Origin: a virus
Lineage: Duplodnaviria; Caudoviricetes
Strand: one strand, 5' to 3'
Virus record (IMG/VR): IMGVR_UViG_3300033475_000040
Location: 1 to 48,679 of that record
DNA length: 48,679 nt
Under the pieces are notes generated by a model. That model ran no database searches. It saw nothing but the letters and a program-made list of their open reading frames with translations, and had not been told where the DNA came from. The translations under genes were made by a program, and so were the position numbers. Shown one piece after another: positions 8,272 through 18,595 of the stretch (its first letter is position 1; each line of letters begins with the position of its first letter).

Positions 8272-9186
8272 TCAGGCGATACAGACGACGCCGCCAGTTC
8301 CGCCAGTTGTGCCTATATTGTTCCAAAGCTGGCCGCTGCCGACTCCTGGGTTGCTCGTCGGCAGGTTCGCGCCACCGAGCGATAGCAACTGGCCGGCAGA
8401 GATTGACGAGAAATAGACTGGAGGCGCAGCGGGATTTGGCGTTGTTGTCCCGGTGACGCAGACGACACCGCCGTTGCTCCATAGCGCCCCCGTTGCCAAG
8501 CCGGCATTGCTCGTCGGATAACCGGCCGCAGCCGCGACTTGAAGAACGCCACCATCATTCGACAGATAATTCGCAACGATGAAATTGTACTGAAACGGCA
8601 GCGCAAGGATGCCATTCTCGATAGCTTGCTGGAGCGTTGAGAATATCGAACTTGCCGAAGCCGAGATCGTAAACGTATTGCCTGAGATCGTGATAGAAGG
8701 CGGATTGTTCAGGACCGGCCAGTCTGCACCATTCACGCCGTTCAGAAACCGATTAATCCTATTTTTCAGCCAAAAAATCGAAAACTGCTGTCCATCGCCA
8801 CGATACAGGTGCCACGTAAGAACGCGCTTATAGATGTCGTCAGTCGCGACGGCCGCAGTACCGGTTTCTGAGAACAGCATCCCGTTGTACGGAACCGTGT
8901 TGTAGGGCGCTGAGTTGTAGCCCGCGATTTTCGTGATGACAGACGACGTCAGAACCGGCCGCGCAATCCCGTAAACGCCCTCGCCTACCCAATCGAGCAA
9001 CGGGCCAGCTATGGCGGGCGACGTATAGACCCCGAGCGGCGTATTGTTAAACCAGTCGAGATAGCCTTGCGCGATGTTGTTATATGCCGCGAAGAAGGCT
9101 TGAATGTTGGGATCGTCGGCGTATTGTTGGTAGCAATAGGCGCCCAGCTGCTTCTGAAGCGGCAGCGTCGAGAATGATTCGCTCAC
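8272..9186 (-). CDS. Baseplate wedge protein (DUF2612/gpI-like)
   Basis: Probable GTG at 9186 just after the J stop; LLDWVGEGVYGIAR and DDIYKR motifs. Confidence 0.75.
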   Translation of the reverse strand: MSESFSTLPLQKQLGAYCYQQYADDPNIQAFFAAYNNIAQGYLDWFNNTPLGVYTSPAIAGPLLDWVGEGVYGIARPVLTSSVITKIAGYNSAPYNTVPYNGMLFSETGTAAVATDDIYKRVLTWHLYRGDGQQFSIFWLKNRINRFLNGVNGADWPVLNNPPSITISGNTFTISASASSIFSTLQQAIENGILALPFQYNFIVANYLSNDGGVLQVAAAAGYPTSNAGLATGALWSNGGVVCVTGTTTPNPAAPPVYFSSISAGQLLSLGGANLPTSNPGVGSGQLWNNIGTTGGTGGVVCIA

Positions 9187-9190
9187 GGGC

Positions 9191-10399
9191 TCACCCCTGC
9201 GTGATAGTGACGCCCGTAGCCGAGCAATAGAAATATCCTTCGCTATCTCCCACGATAATAGACGTGCCCGCGCTCGGCGAAACAACCGTCCCATTAATCG
9301 TGACAACAAACTCCAGCGTCGTCAGGTTCACGGTCGGTAGAACTGAAGCTACCGCATTCTGAAACGCCGCGGTCATTTCTAGTTCGTTGATCGGCTGGCC
9401 GACGTATATGCTATTGATGTAATTCTGGATCGCAGGAGCGCCGAGTTGCGCCACCGAAGTGCCTGCCGTGAAGTTCGGTAGCGTCGCGTTCCAAGTCACC
9501 GCCACCGTCACAACTTGCTGTGGAGGGTTCACATAAACGATGTTGTATGTGTCGGGATTCTGGAACAGAGAAACAGTCACATTGCGCGAAGACGAAACTG
9601 TCGATCCCTGAAGCGTCGCAATATCCGGAACCGCCTGGAGGATCGCACCGGCAATCGCATAGGTATTGCCGCCGCCGCAGATGACTTGCCAGCCTCCCGT
9701 GACGGAACGAACCGCTACGAGGTTCGGCCGCACACCCGTGATGGCATAGAGGAGCGTCTTTAGGTAATTCGGCGTGCCGGTGGATGCGACAATGCCGGCA
9801 GCCATAACCTGCGAGCGATATGCCGGGACCGTCTGTGGGGCCGTGAGCGGAACGCCAGCCTGCGGGTTCGTGACGTTCACGGTATAGCCAGTCGGCACGG
9901 AGGTAATGACCTGCGTGACGGTGCCAGCGGGGATTGCGAACGTGCCGTTGTTGGTAGCGACCGCCGTTACCTGTGGCGACGGGCCGCTCTCAGGAATGAC
10001 GGTGCCATTCTGGACCGTGTATTGGTTCGTACCATCGCTGATAGTGAAGCCGGGCTGGATGACGTAGCCGGCAGATCCCGTGAACTGCACATCGACGCTG
10101 GCATTGGAGCCGATGCCCTGCGGAATGCCGAACTGCTGCCCCAGCGCCGCGAGGATAAAAGGACTAGCGCCGAGCGGAGTGACTGAATTGACCGCATCGA
10201 CACGGGCTTGGTCGATTACCACCAGCGCGCCCGTGCCGGTGCTGGCCAGATCTTCAATCAGCGAGCCCGGCAGATCCGTCGTCAGCGTCGGGTTTAGATC
10301 GGTCGCTTCAGAGATTAGCGTGTCATTGAGCGTTGCTGGCGGCGTCGGCGCGGGGCCTGCGCTGGTGAGCGTCAGAGGGATGGATACTGAACCACTCAT
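9191..10399 (-). CDS. Baseplate J-like protein
   Basis: PGSLIED, VQFTGSAGYVIQPGF, G..AIPAGTVTQVIT and VTNPQAG motifs; position. Confidence 0.85.
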   Translation of the reverse strand: MSGSVSIPLTLTSAGPAPTPPATLNDTLISEATDLNPTLTTDLPGSLIEDLASTGTGALVVIDQARVDAVNSVTPLGASPFILAALGQQFGIPQGIGSNASVDVQFTGSAGYVIQPGFTISDGTNQYTVQNGTVIPESGPSPQVTAVATNNGTFAIPAGTVTQVITSVPTGYTVNVTNPQAGVPLTAPQTVPAYRSQVMAAGIVASTGTPNYLKTLLYAITGVRPNLVAVRSVTGGWQVICGGGNTYAIAGAILQAVPDIATLQGSTVSSSRNVTVSLFQNPDTYNIVYVNPPQQVVTVAVTWNATLPNFTAGTSVAQLGAPAIQNYINSIYVGQPINELEMTAAFQNAVASVLPTVNLTTLEFVVTINGTVVSPSAGTSIIVGDSEGYFYCSATGVTITQG

Positions 10400-10770
10400 A
10401 CGGGCACCGTCTGACTAAGGATTGCACCCGAGTGGGTAACAGCATTTACCGAATAGATCGGCGGATTCGACCCCGGCACACGGGTGATCGCGAGCGAGGC
10501 AAAGGCACTGGAGAACTGCATCTGCACCTGTGTCGCGTAATAGTCTGGGAAAACCTGCGTCACGATGGTTTGCTGGGCTGGGATGCCGTAGTTCGCGTAG
10601 AAGGGTGACTCCCCAAGGTTGAGTTTCAACACTTGGATAATCGTCGTGAGCATCACCGCATCTGAGTACCCGTTCGCGTCTGTTGTGACCGGCACCCATT
10701 GGTAGGAGCCGTCTTCGTTGTAGACCCTGCCCCAAGTCTTTAGGTTTTGGCCGCTTAGTGCTTGGCTCAT
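10396..10770 (-). CDS. Baseplate wedge / sheath initiator (gpW/gp25-like)
   Basis: LKLNLGESPFYANYGIP motif, between spike and J. Confidence 0.75.
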   Translation of the reverse strand: MSQALSGQNLKTWGRVYNEDGSYQWVPVTTDANGYSDAVMLTTIIQVLKLNLGESPFYANYGIPAQQTIVTQVFPDYYATQVQMQFSSAFASLAITRVPGSNPPIYSVNAVTHSGAILSQTVPV

Positions 10771-10787
10771 ACTTCGGCCTCGTTAGA

Positions 10788-11441
10788 TTAGGGGGCCACA
10801 GGACCGCTTGTGTTTTCTTCTGTGTCGCCGTGGCTATCGGCACCCTGCGTATGGATATGCGTCTCAAACACTACGCCATTGCTCATCGTCGCGCCGGCAG
10901 CGCTGAAGGTGAATGTTTTCCCTCCAGCTTTGATCACCACCGAAGTGGGGGCGGTGACGGTTACTTGGCCCGTCTCTTTGTTCGCGGTAACAACGACCGT
11001 CTGCGCCGTATCCGAAAGAACCGCGCCCGCTGGCCCATTGATCCATGCCTTGTTCGGATCGGGCGAGGCGCCGAATGCCGTTGAAGCAATCGGCGTGAAC
11101 ATGAGCGCCGTCAGATTCCCATTGCCTTGCGTGAGCTGCGCAATGCCCCTTGTGAGCCCGCTGACGGCGCTAAGGTTTGCGTCCGCCGGTTCCGTCACGC
11201 CATAGTCGCCAACCTGCGTTGGAGCCCGCAGCCACTGACTTTCATTCTTCGGGATCGTCACGCTCGGGAGCGTCACGCCTGCGGCTTGAACCTCAAACGC
11301 AACCGTCACGAACGAACCATTGACCGCTGTAACTCGGCACGGTAGCGCACGTCCCGTGCTCTGGATCGCTTCGGCGGCTCGCTTGGTTGCGAGCTTGTTT
11401 TGGCTGCTCTGGAGCCAGACTTTTCCGAAATTGTCACTCAT
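10788..11441 (-). CDS. Baseplate central spike (gpV/gp138-like)
   Basis: LPCRV...VTVAF OB-fold start, beta-helix-like region and C-terminal HxH (THIHT) metal-binding tip. Confidence 0.85.
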   Translation of the reverse strand: MSDNFGKVWLQSSQNKLATKRAAEAIQSTGRALPCRVTAVNGSFVTVAFEVQAAGVTLPSVTIPKNESQWLRAPTQVGDYGVTEPADANLSAVSGLTRGIAQLTQGNGNLTALMFTPIASTAFGASPDPNKAWINGPAGAVLSDTAQTVVVTANKETGQVTVTAPTSVVIKAGGKTFTFSAAGATMSNGVVFETHIHTQGADSHGDTEENTSGPVAP

Positions 11442-12601
11442 GAGGCGGCGGCCGATGCTGTGTAGAGTGAAGCGGGCGAGACAATTAGGGTCGTGGTCCA
11501 GTCGGTATCGGCGCGAGGGCTACGGAAGTTACCCGTGTGTCGCATGGCGACAATCACCCATTGCCCTTGAAACGACGACTGCATTTTCGCCATCCCAAAC
11601 GTGCTAGCGCTTGTGGTGGTCGCAAATCCAGGAAGGCTCTGAATTCCGGGCGGAAAGGTGATCGTTTGTCCCGTTTGCAGATCTCCCCGCATAACAAGAG
11701 GGACCACGCATTGGTTATTGGCTATCCATGTCGGCTGGCCGACCAGATCCGTGAACACGAGCTGCGTATTCGTCGGCGGGGCCGAGCCGTCGAACACCCA
11801 GAGAACACCTTTGTTCCAATGGATCGTGATGCCCGGGTAGTCGTCCGATATGATCTGCCCTTCAGTTAGCCCCCGAATGAATCCGGCGAACTCTCGCAAG
11901 GTTCCGTAATGTCCCGCCTGGACGGTCGTGGTGATCGCATCCGGCCGCACGTTCACTACGATCTTTACGCCGGGAAAGTTCTGGGCGAGCACGCTCTGAA
12001 TGGCCGTGCCAAGATACGTCCCAGCCGGCCAGTTAAAACTGAAATTTCCGGTCGCAACCGGACCCCCGGTAACGATAAGGTCTAGGGATAGTTCTGTTCC
12101 CCGCCAGTTGCCGAATGCCTGGTTAATTGTGCCGCTCAGAAGCACGCCCGCTTGCTTCGGGTTGGCCAACGGAAGACCGACCCCCATGCCGCCCTTAAGG
12201 ACGATCTGCATCCCCGATAGTGAATACGCTTGGGTTAGTAGTGTGGGAGGCAGGCCCTCGATCGTAACGGTGCTGCCGCCCGTGCTCGATCCCCAATATG
12301 CGCTGGCGTCGGTGCCTTGGGTGGCGACCATGGCGTCAAAAATGATATTCAGCGCACCGGGATCTGGCTTGTAGATCGGGCTTCCATTGTTGGGCGTCGA
12401 GGCGACATTCGACACAGCGGTGTTGCTGGCCGATGTATAGCCGACCGGAGTTTGGTTATCTTGGTTTAGCTGGCCCTGGGTATAGACTGGAATATTTTGT
12501 GCCGGAGTTTTCCCGGCCTGGGGATGGCTAGTATAGTGAAGGACCGGTGGGCTCGTGGTCGTAGCGCCAGCCTGAAAGACCGCCAGATCGTAAAATCTCA
12601 T
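11438..12601 (-). CDS. Baseplate hub protein
   Basis: Size and position; LVGQPTW and RHTGNFRS...WTT motifs. Confidence 0.75.
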   Translation of the reverse strand: MRFYDLAVFQAGATTTSPPVLHYTSHPQAGKTPAQNIPVYTQGQLNQDNQTPVGYTSASNTAVSNVASTPNNGSPIYKPDPGALNIIFDAMVATQGTDASAYWGSSTGGSTVTIEGLPPTLLTQAYSLSGMQIVLKGGMGVGLPLANPKQAGVLLSGTINQAFGNWRGTELSLDLIVTGGPVATGNFSFNWPAGTYLGTAIQSVLAQNFPGVKIVVNVRPDAITTTVQAGHYGTLREFAGFIRGLTEGQIISDDYPGITIHWNKGVLWVFDGSAPPTNTQLVFTDLVGQPTWIANNQCVVPLVMRGDLQTGQTITFPPGIQSLPGFATTTSASTFGMAKMQSSFQGQWVIVAMRHTGNFRSPRADTDWTTTLIVSPASLYTASAAAS

Positions 12602-12898
12602 TCAGGGCACCGTTTCAAAGTTCCCACTGGACGTGCGGTAAAGCAGCGTGGAGGACGTCAGGATTCCCCAGGCCAGATAGATTGGGGCATTATCTGGAGA
12701 GCCCACGAGCGCAGCAGTAATGACCACGTTTCCGCTCTGATCTGTCAGTTGGTAATACCAACCAGATTGTCCGCTCGTTCCGCCCCGGTACGAGTTCCAG
12801 AAGCACGACAACGTGTACGATGTGCCATCTAGCGTGACCTGAGTTGAGAATGGCGGCGCCGATATCTGTGACGGCGTAAAGGGAATGTACGTCGTCAT
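12602..12898 (-). CDS. Baseplate plug-like small protein
   Basis: FSTQVTLDGTSYTL...WN...WYYQL pattern. Confidence 0.7.
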   Translation of the reverse strand: MTTYIPFTPSQISAPPFSTQVTLDGTSYTLSCFWNSYRGGTSGQSGWYYQLTDQSGNVVITAALVGSPDNAPIYLAWGILTSSTLLYRTSSGNFETVP

Positions 12899-13650
12899 AG
12901 GACTGTCCCCGACAGGAACTGTGTCAACGACGACGCATAGCCTGCCACGGAACCTAAGGCGCCCCCGACAGCGGACGTCGCAGTTGACGTCGCACTAGAC
13001 CACGACAGCCCCCCGGAAGTTTGAGAGCCGTTCGTGACCGCTTGCATCGTAGTTCCGAGCGCCGCCGCGGCTGCCGCCTGAGTAACAAGCGGCTGGATGA
13101 AGTCGAGGCGCCATTCAATCTGCAACTGACGGCTTTCGGGCGGCGTTACGTCCGTCATCCCGGTCATCAGGCAGTTGTTATAGATCATGGCCGGTGTGGC
13201 GATGCAGTACCGACCGCCAAGCACATTGTGCTGCTGAAGAGACGATTGCAGAGCCGAAAAAAGCGCAAGCTTGGTCAGATATCCGGCCGTCTGATTGACC
13301 GGAGCAATCATCAGAAGCGAAATGTTCAGAGGCTGCTGAATGATCGCATTCGCCGCGACAAATTGGTTCGCGAACGGGTACATGCCGATGGCATTGTTGA
13401 TAACGGTGCCGCCAGGGATCGGAATGTACTGTGCGTAAAAGTCGTTGACCGAGAGGCTTTCCGACGTGACCGCAGAGAGGGCTAGAGAGGCAAGCTGCCC
13501 GGTTAGACCAATGATCGGCAGCATCCCGCCGGGGACAGCCGTGGCAATACCGCCTTGCAGGATGATCGGGCTGACCTGGAATGCCAGCGTATAGATCGTC
13601 TGCGCGGCGGTTCCGACGCCACTTGCAATCGTGTTGAGGACACCGCTCAT
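12895..13650 (-). CDS. Tail tube initiator / distal-tail-like protein
   Basis: ATGA overlap with the tape measure stop; position between tape measure and hub. Confidence 0.65.
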   Translation of the reverse strand: MSGVLNTIASGVGTAAQTIYTLAFQVSPIILQGGIATAVPGGMLPIIGLTGQLASLALSAVTSESLSVNDFYAQYIPIPGGTVINNAIGMYPFANQFVAANAIIQQPLNISLLMIAPVNQTAGYLTKLALFSALQSSLQQHNVLGGRYCIATPAMIYNNCLMTGMTDVTPPESRQLQIEWRLDFIQPLVTQAAAAAALGTTMQAVTNGSQTSGGLSWSSATSTATSAVGGALGSVAGYASSLTQFLSGTVL

Positions 13651-15434
13651 CCCCACCCCGCCGCCACTGAGGACATTTCGACTCTAGACTGTGTTGAGTT
13701 TGTGACGCTCAGCGACACCTTGACCGGCTTGGCTTGCTGCTTCGCAATTGCTTTCAGCGTTTTGTGGACATCGCTGCTTGCATGCGGGTTCGGGCCAACG
13801 GCATAATAAGCCGCCGCGCGCGCCCCTCGCTCTTGTTGCTGGAACCAGTTGTCGCCGGATCTTTCCCACTCGTTGTCGGCCGTTACGCCGGCACCCCACG
13901 CAGTTTTGGCGCCATTGATCTTGGCAGCCGCCGCCTGCTCAGTATGGTGCATTTCCCATATCGAAGCCTTAACCTGATCGGCGGCGCTGGCCTTCCACAC
14001 GTCAATGCCTGTCGCCTTCAGGATGGCAGCGCGCCGAGACGCGTTCCATTGGAACAGCCCCTTGTATTCCTGCCCCTTGTAATAATTCGTCGCGTTGGGG
14101 TTGAAGCTGCTCTCCGATCTGGCCTGTGATGCCATCGCAGCGGCAAACTTTTTCGAGTATCCGTCCTTCTCGTATTGCCCCATTATGGCATCAATCGAGT
14201 TCATTTCGTTCGGCTTCAGCGCGTGAACGATGGCCGAAATATCTCCACCTTTTGCGGCGACAGAAAGCGCCGGCTGTATGCCGGAAGACGTGGCACCACT
14301 ATCCGCGCCGGATGCCGCGCTAGCAGCCGCGCTTGGTTTTCCTGTCAGGGCTGATAGCATCTGCCCAAACGCGCGCACGTCTACAGAAGCGCCGCCTACG
14401 GCATTGCCAAAATCGGTAACAAGCGGATTTGCCAAACTCAGCGCCGTGTCGAATGTGGCACCGGCCTTGTTCATATTAGCTTGCCAGTCGGCCAGCATCT
14501 GGTTGTCTTTGGAGATCGTATCTCCGCTGACGTTCTGGGCGTTGTTCAGCGCCCCATTCGACATTTTGTTGAAGGCCTTGACCAGATCGGATCTCTTCTG
14601 GTTCATCAGCGAGATTTCTTGTGTCGAGCTGATTCCCAGAAGTTGCCGCTCGTACATAGCGGTCGGGGTGTTCAGATTATGGCTGGCTCGTAGATCGTCG
14701 GCGCCAGTCAGCAAAATCTGCTTGAGCTGCTGCTGCTTGCTCATGCCTGGGCTGACGCCGAACAGACCAAGCATTCCCTGGCTCTGCGGGCTAAAGTTGG
14801 CTATCGCCAAATTCTGTAGCGCCGCTCCGGGGTTGTCCATGAATGGCGAAAGCTGTGCGGTCGCGTTCTGATACGCCCCGTATCCCATGTTGGCGCCGAA
14901 TGCAGACTGAGCGGTCTGGGAGACATTCCGGCCGGCACCAAGAACGACTTGGCCCGCTTTATACGCCGCCGCAGTGGCAGCCATGCCGGCCAAAGCCGTA
15001 ATCATCCCGGCTGGGCCACCGGCAAGAGTTGCGATTCCCTCGATTCCAGCCCCGCCAAGCAGGAGCTTGAAAATGCCACTGCTGCTTTTAGCTTTGTCGG
15101 CATTCTTGAACATCGCCAACATCGAAGCGTCGGTACGCTTGATTTGTTCAGCAAGCTTTGCGAGAGCGTTAGTGCCTCTTTTGGCGCGGTTCTCCAAATC
15201 GTCCTTTGGGTTTTCCCCGCCGCCGCTGCCCCCGCTTCCAGGACGCTTCGCGCCCGGGTTCATGGTGTGGCTGAGTTTTTGCCCCGCCTTCCCCGCCTTA
15301 TCAAGAGCTTCCTCTAGCTTCTTGACCGCTTCTGGCTGATGCTCAAGGGTTTCGTTGTATTTATTGAAGATCTCAACGAAGGCTTTGAACGAGTCTGCAG
15401 CGACATCGATCTGAATTATTGATTTTGTCGCCAC
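13647..15434 (-). CDS. Tape measure protein with C-terminal tail lysozyme (Phage_lysozyme2-like) domain
   Basis: Ala/Gly-rich helical body; AAAMASQARSESSFNPNA...GLFQW...WERSG lysozyme-like motifs. Confidence 0.85.
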   Translation of the reverse strand: MATKSIIQIDVAADSFKAFVEIFNKYNETLEHQPEAVKKLEEALDKAGKAGQKLSHTMNPGAKRPGSGGSGGGENPKDDLENRAKRGTNALAKLAEQIKRTDASMLAMFKNADKAKSSSGIFKLLLGGAGIEGIATLAGGPAGMITALAGMAATAAAYKAGQVVLGAGRNVSQTAQSAFGANMGYGAYQNATAQLSPFMDNPGAALQNLAIANFSPQSQGMLGLFGVSPGMSKQQQLKQILLTGADDLRASHNLNTPTAMYERQLLGISSTQEISLMNQKRSDLVKAFNKMSNGALNNAQNVSGDTISKDNQMLADWQANMNKAGATFDTALSLANPLVTDFGNAVGGASVDVRAFGQMLSALTGKPSAAASAASGADSGATSSGIQPALSVAAKGGDISAIVHALKPNEMNSIDAIMGQYEKDGYSKKFAAAMASQARSESSFNPNATNYYKGQEYKGLFQWNASRRAAILKATGIDVWKASAADQVKASIWEMHHTEQAAAAKINGAKTAWGAGVTADNEWERSGDNWFQQQERGARAAAYYAVGPNPHASSDVHKTLKAIAKQQAKPVKVSLSVTNSTQSRVEMSSVAAGWG

Positions 15435-15437
15435 GAA

Positions 15438-15752
15438 TTATCCCCTATTCCCAAGCACACCCTTAAACGTCTCTATGATGTGCCTGTCGCGATAAGCGCG
15501 TGGCGTGCGGTATTGGATGTCCAGCTTTTCCGCGATACCCGCGAAGCCCTCAGCAGAAGCGTGGGCTAGGATGGATGCGACGATACCGCCTTGGAGTGTG
15601 CTGTAGCTGCGGCCTGCATCGACCCCGACAAGGAAGCGGCGAAGTCCATAAGCGTCGAGGATGTAATCGACGCTCCAAGAACCCCAGCTAAGCCCTCCGC
15701 CATCCTCTTGCGGTCGGCCTTTTTCGCCATGGACCAGCTCGCAATAAAAAAA
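15438..15752 (-). CDS. -1 frame extension of the tail chaperone (G-T-like product)
   Basis: The -1 frame is open from T-TTT-TTT (15746-15752) to TAA at 15438-15440, 3 nt before the tape measure GTG, and has no ATG of its own. Confidence 0.7.
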   Translation of the reverse strand, partial: FFYCELVHGEKGRPQEDGGGLSWGSWSVDYILDAYGLRRFLVGVDAGRSYSTLQGGIVASILAHASAEGFAGIAEKLDIQYRTPRAYRDRHIIETFKGVLGNRG

Positions 15753-16159
15753 GCGAGGCCGGATTCGGCTTCACTCCAATCTTCTTGGTCAATGATGCCG
15801 CGCTGAACTGCGATATCGACCGGCATGTTCTCCCAGCCGTTCGCGCCAGGCGCCAGGACCATCGTGAGGCGGCGCAGATCAGACAGCAACGCACCAACCC
15901 CGCTGTCTCCGTCCATGCCATTCTCGGCGGCGTATTTCTTGCCCTCGTCACGCATCTTGAGCGCTGCAATGCGTGGGCCAACATCCGCGGCGAACGTCGC
16001 GCCCTTGGCAAAGATCGCGGCCTTGGTCTGAGCGAGCACCCAATAATTTGCGTCGAGGACTTCTTTGGAGACGGGCGTGTGGTAGGCATAAATGGTCGGT
16101 TCCCCATTATCGTCGCGGCGAAGCGGGATAACGAGGTTTAGGGCGTCGTTGATTTGCAT
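15566..16159 (-). CDS. Tail assembly chaperone (G-like)
   Basis: Between tube and tape measure genes; contains slippery heptamers. Confidence 0.75.
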   Translation of the reverse strand: MQINDALNLVIPLRRDDNGEPTIYAYHTPVSKEVLDANYWVLAQTKAAIFAKGATFAADVGPRIAALKMRDEGKKYAAENGMDGDSGVGALLSDLRRLTMVLAPGANGWENMPVDIAVQRGIIDQEDWSEAESGLAFFIASWSMAKKADRKRMAEGLAGVLGASITSSTLMDFAASLSGSMQAAATAHSKAVSSHPS

Positions 16160-16162
16160 GGA

Positions 16163-16600
16163 TTACGCCCACAGGCTCGCATTGGGGTAGTAAAGCCCGG
16201 TGAGCGTTAGCTGCGTGACTGGCGTGTTTCCGTCATACGCGCCGGGATCAAGCCCAAGGATCGAGACGTTATTCAGCGTGATCGCGGGGAAAGTCACCGT
16301 GTCAGAATATGCGGTGGCCGAGCCGATGATGCTGTTGCTCGCCACCTGTGCAAGCCATGCCGCAGCGAGGCTCTGCGTGCGAAGAATGCCGACAGAGATT
16401 GTCGCTTTGACGTAGGGTTCAGGGCTGTTGACGATGCCCGTCGCAGTGTCGATCTGCGTGGTGAACGGATCTGAGAAGCTGAGCGTCGCGAAGGACTTGC
16501 CCATGTTGTATGACGCGATGTTCAGCGCGGGATAGGAGCCAAACGTAATCTGCGTAAGGAGCCGGTTAAGGGTCCCCTGAGAAATAATCGGGTTCGCCAT
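16163..16600 (-). CDS. Tail tube protein
   Basis: 145 aa, beta-rich, directly after the sheath. Confidence 0.75.
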   Translation of the reverse strand: MANPIISQGTLNRLLTQITFGSYPALNIASYNMGKSFATLSFSDPFTTQIDTATGIVNSPEPYVKATISVGILRTQSLAAAWLAQVASNSIIGSATAYSDTVTFPAITLNNVSILGLDPGAYDGNTPVTQLTLTGLYYPNASLWA

Positions 16601-16611
16601 TTACTCGCTCC

Positions 16612-17937
16612 CTACGCGAAGCTTGTCGCGTCTAGGTTGAATGTAATAGACAAGAAACCAAGCTGCGGAGTTGCCGTGCAGGAGAGTCCGCCATAGAGCC
16701 CGGCTTTATAGTTCGCGGGGTTCGCGGCGGTGTAGCTGGCAAAGGATTGCGCAGTGACGGTGGCGTTCAGCAGCAGCCCGAACGAAATCCCGGCCGTGCA
16801 TTGGTCCTGCGCGACCGCCAAAAGCGTGTTGATGCCGTTCTGGTTATAATAGAGCGGCGGGTTGCTGTTGGAGCCGTTGAGGACGGCGTTAGCAAGCATC
16901 AGCTTGATCTGGATCTGCAGCCAGTCGATGGCGTACCAGAACATGCCCTGATTGCCGTCCATCGTCGTGCCCTTGAACAGGTACGCGTTGGTCGGGAGAC
17001 CGCCTTCAGCGCCGGTTAGAATCAGGTTGCCGTATGCCGACAGAACCGCGTTAATCGATACGTTGTTCGTGGTCGTCTGCGCCCATGGCGTGACACCGTA
17101 AGCGGCGCGGTAGCCCATCGGCGGGACTGGTGCCGCAGCGCTCGGAGTGTTCGCCAACCAATTGTAGAACAGCACCGAAGCCTGATGCTCCGTGCTGGCC
17201 TGCGTCGGGCTCGGCACGGTCGCGAAGACCGCCTTGTTCGTATAGCTGCTGATATTCGCCGCGGTCGTCGTGACGAAGAAGTACGTCTTCCCGGTCGGGC
17301 TGCTGTAGTTGTTGGCGAGCGTATTCAGATCAGCGGCCGAGGAGAAATCCCACGCAGCCGGCACGAGGTACGCATAGAACACCTGCGGCGCGCTGTTTCC
17401 TGTGATCCAGGTCTGCAGCGCCGTGATCGCCCCGGTTGCCGTCGATTGCGGGCCGAGCTCCAGAACGTACATGCCAACGCTGTTGCCCTGCGCAAAGAAC
17501 GTGGTCGCGGCGTTGCTCAGGAAGCCAGCGTTGCCCGGGAGGTAGGCGCCAGGGGTCGTCTCGGTGCCGGGGTTTGTCGCGAGAGCGTACGTGAACGTAT
17601 CGGTGCCGGTCACTGTTGCCGTGAAGGTGCCGTTGTACGCAGCAGGGACAGCGCCAGAAATCGTAGCGGTGAAGACCTGGCCGGTCGCGAACGATAGCGC
17701 GCTTGATGCGGTGGCGGTGACAACACCACCAGCCCAAGAAAGGCTCGTGAGCCCAACCGGAGCCGCAAGGATCGCCTGCACGGCTGCTAGAGAGCCGCAA
17801 TATTGGAATGTATCCGGTGCCAGCGTCGTGCCGCCAGTCGAAACGGCAGCGCCGCTCTGCTGGAGCTGCGACGGCTCGGGCGCCTCGGTGACGGTGACAT
17901 TTACCGTCACGATTGTTGGGGTAATCGTCGTCGCCAT
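16612..17937 (-). CDS. Tail sheath protein (DUF3383-like)
   Basis: IVTVNVTV start; GTTMDG...WYAIDWLQIQI...PLYYNQNGI...Y..AGLYGG sheath C-terminus. Confidence 0.85.
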   Translation of the reverse strand: MATTITPTIVTVNVTVTEAPEPSQLQQSGAAVSTGGTTLAPDTFQYCGSLAAVQAILAAPVGLTSLSWAGGVVTATASSALSFATGQVFTATISGAVPAAYNGTFTATVTGTDTFTYALATNPGTETTPGAYLPGNAGFLSNAATTFFAQGNSVGMYVLELGPQSTATGAITALQTWITGNSAPQVFYAYLVPAAWDFSSAADLNTLANNYSSPTGKTYFFVTTTAANISSYTNKAVFATVPSPTQASTEHQASVLFYNWLANTPSAAAPVPPMGYRAAYGVTPWAQTTTNNVSINAVLSAYGNLILTGAEGGLPTNAYLFKGTTMDGNQGMFWYAIDWLQIQIKLMLANAVLNGSNSNPPLYYNQNGINTLLAVAQDQCTAGISFGLLLNATVTAQSFASYTAANPANYKAGLYGGLSCTATPQLGFLSITFNLDATSFA

Positions 17938-17993
17938 CTAGGGAGTTCTCCGGGGATGTCTAAGAATTCCCATTTCTGGGCATTTGAAGCGCC

Positions 17994-18566
17994 TCATGAT
18001 TGGGCCGCTTCCCATTTATTACTCTTCCGCAAGTTCTCTTTTGCGGTTAGGTATTGCAGATTCCAGGGAACATGCAGGCCGCAGACACCATCTCCTCGTA
18101 GAGGTATGATGTGATCGACGTGCATTCCTGGAGGGCATTCCAGATAAATTTTTTGAAGCTCTTTTTTGCAAAACTTCGAAATCGGCTGTTTAAGACGGGT
18201 ACGTCGAGCGTTTTGTCTTGCCTTGTAGGAGTTGGGATTTCTCTCCCTCTTCCTGCGGTCCAGTTCTCTTGCCCGATCCGGATTGTTTTCACGCCAATCG
18301 CGTTGGTATTTGAGGCATTTCTCTGGATTCGCTCTGTTCCAGGAATAAATCAGCTCTTTTTGTCTATCGGGATTTTGCTTCCTCCAGGAGCGGTACAGCG
18401 CTTTAGCGCGCTCTGGATTTTCCTCTGCCCAAACTTTCTTGCAGTCTATGCAACGGTTCGATTTCGTTAGACGCTCTGATAGATGGCCCCGCTTACACGG
18501 CTCTCCCGTGAAGTAGCGCTTAAGCCCAGCTTCCTTGGCCTGGCTTCGACTGATGATAGGAAGCAT
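17994..18566 (-). CDS. Free-standing HNH endonuclease
   Basis: [10 protein letters not shown]...[13 protein letters not shown]...N; N-terminal [11 protein letters not shown] domain; low GC. Confidence 0.9.
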   Translation of the reverse strand: MLPIISRSQAKEAGLKRYFTGEPCKRGHLSERLTKSNRCIDCKKVWAEENPERAKALYRSWRKQNPDRQKELIYSWNRANPEKCLKYQRDWRENNPDRARELDRRKRERNPNSYKARQNARRTRLKQPISKFCKKELQKIYLECPPGMHVDHIIPLRGDGVCGLHVPWNLQYLTAKENLRKSNKWEAAQS

Positions 18567-18595
18567 TCCAACTCTTCAGGGCGTGAGTTTTAGAA

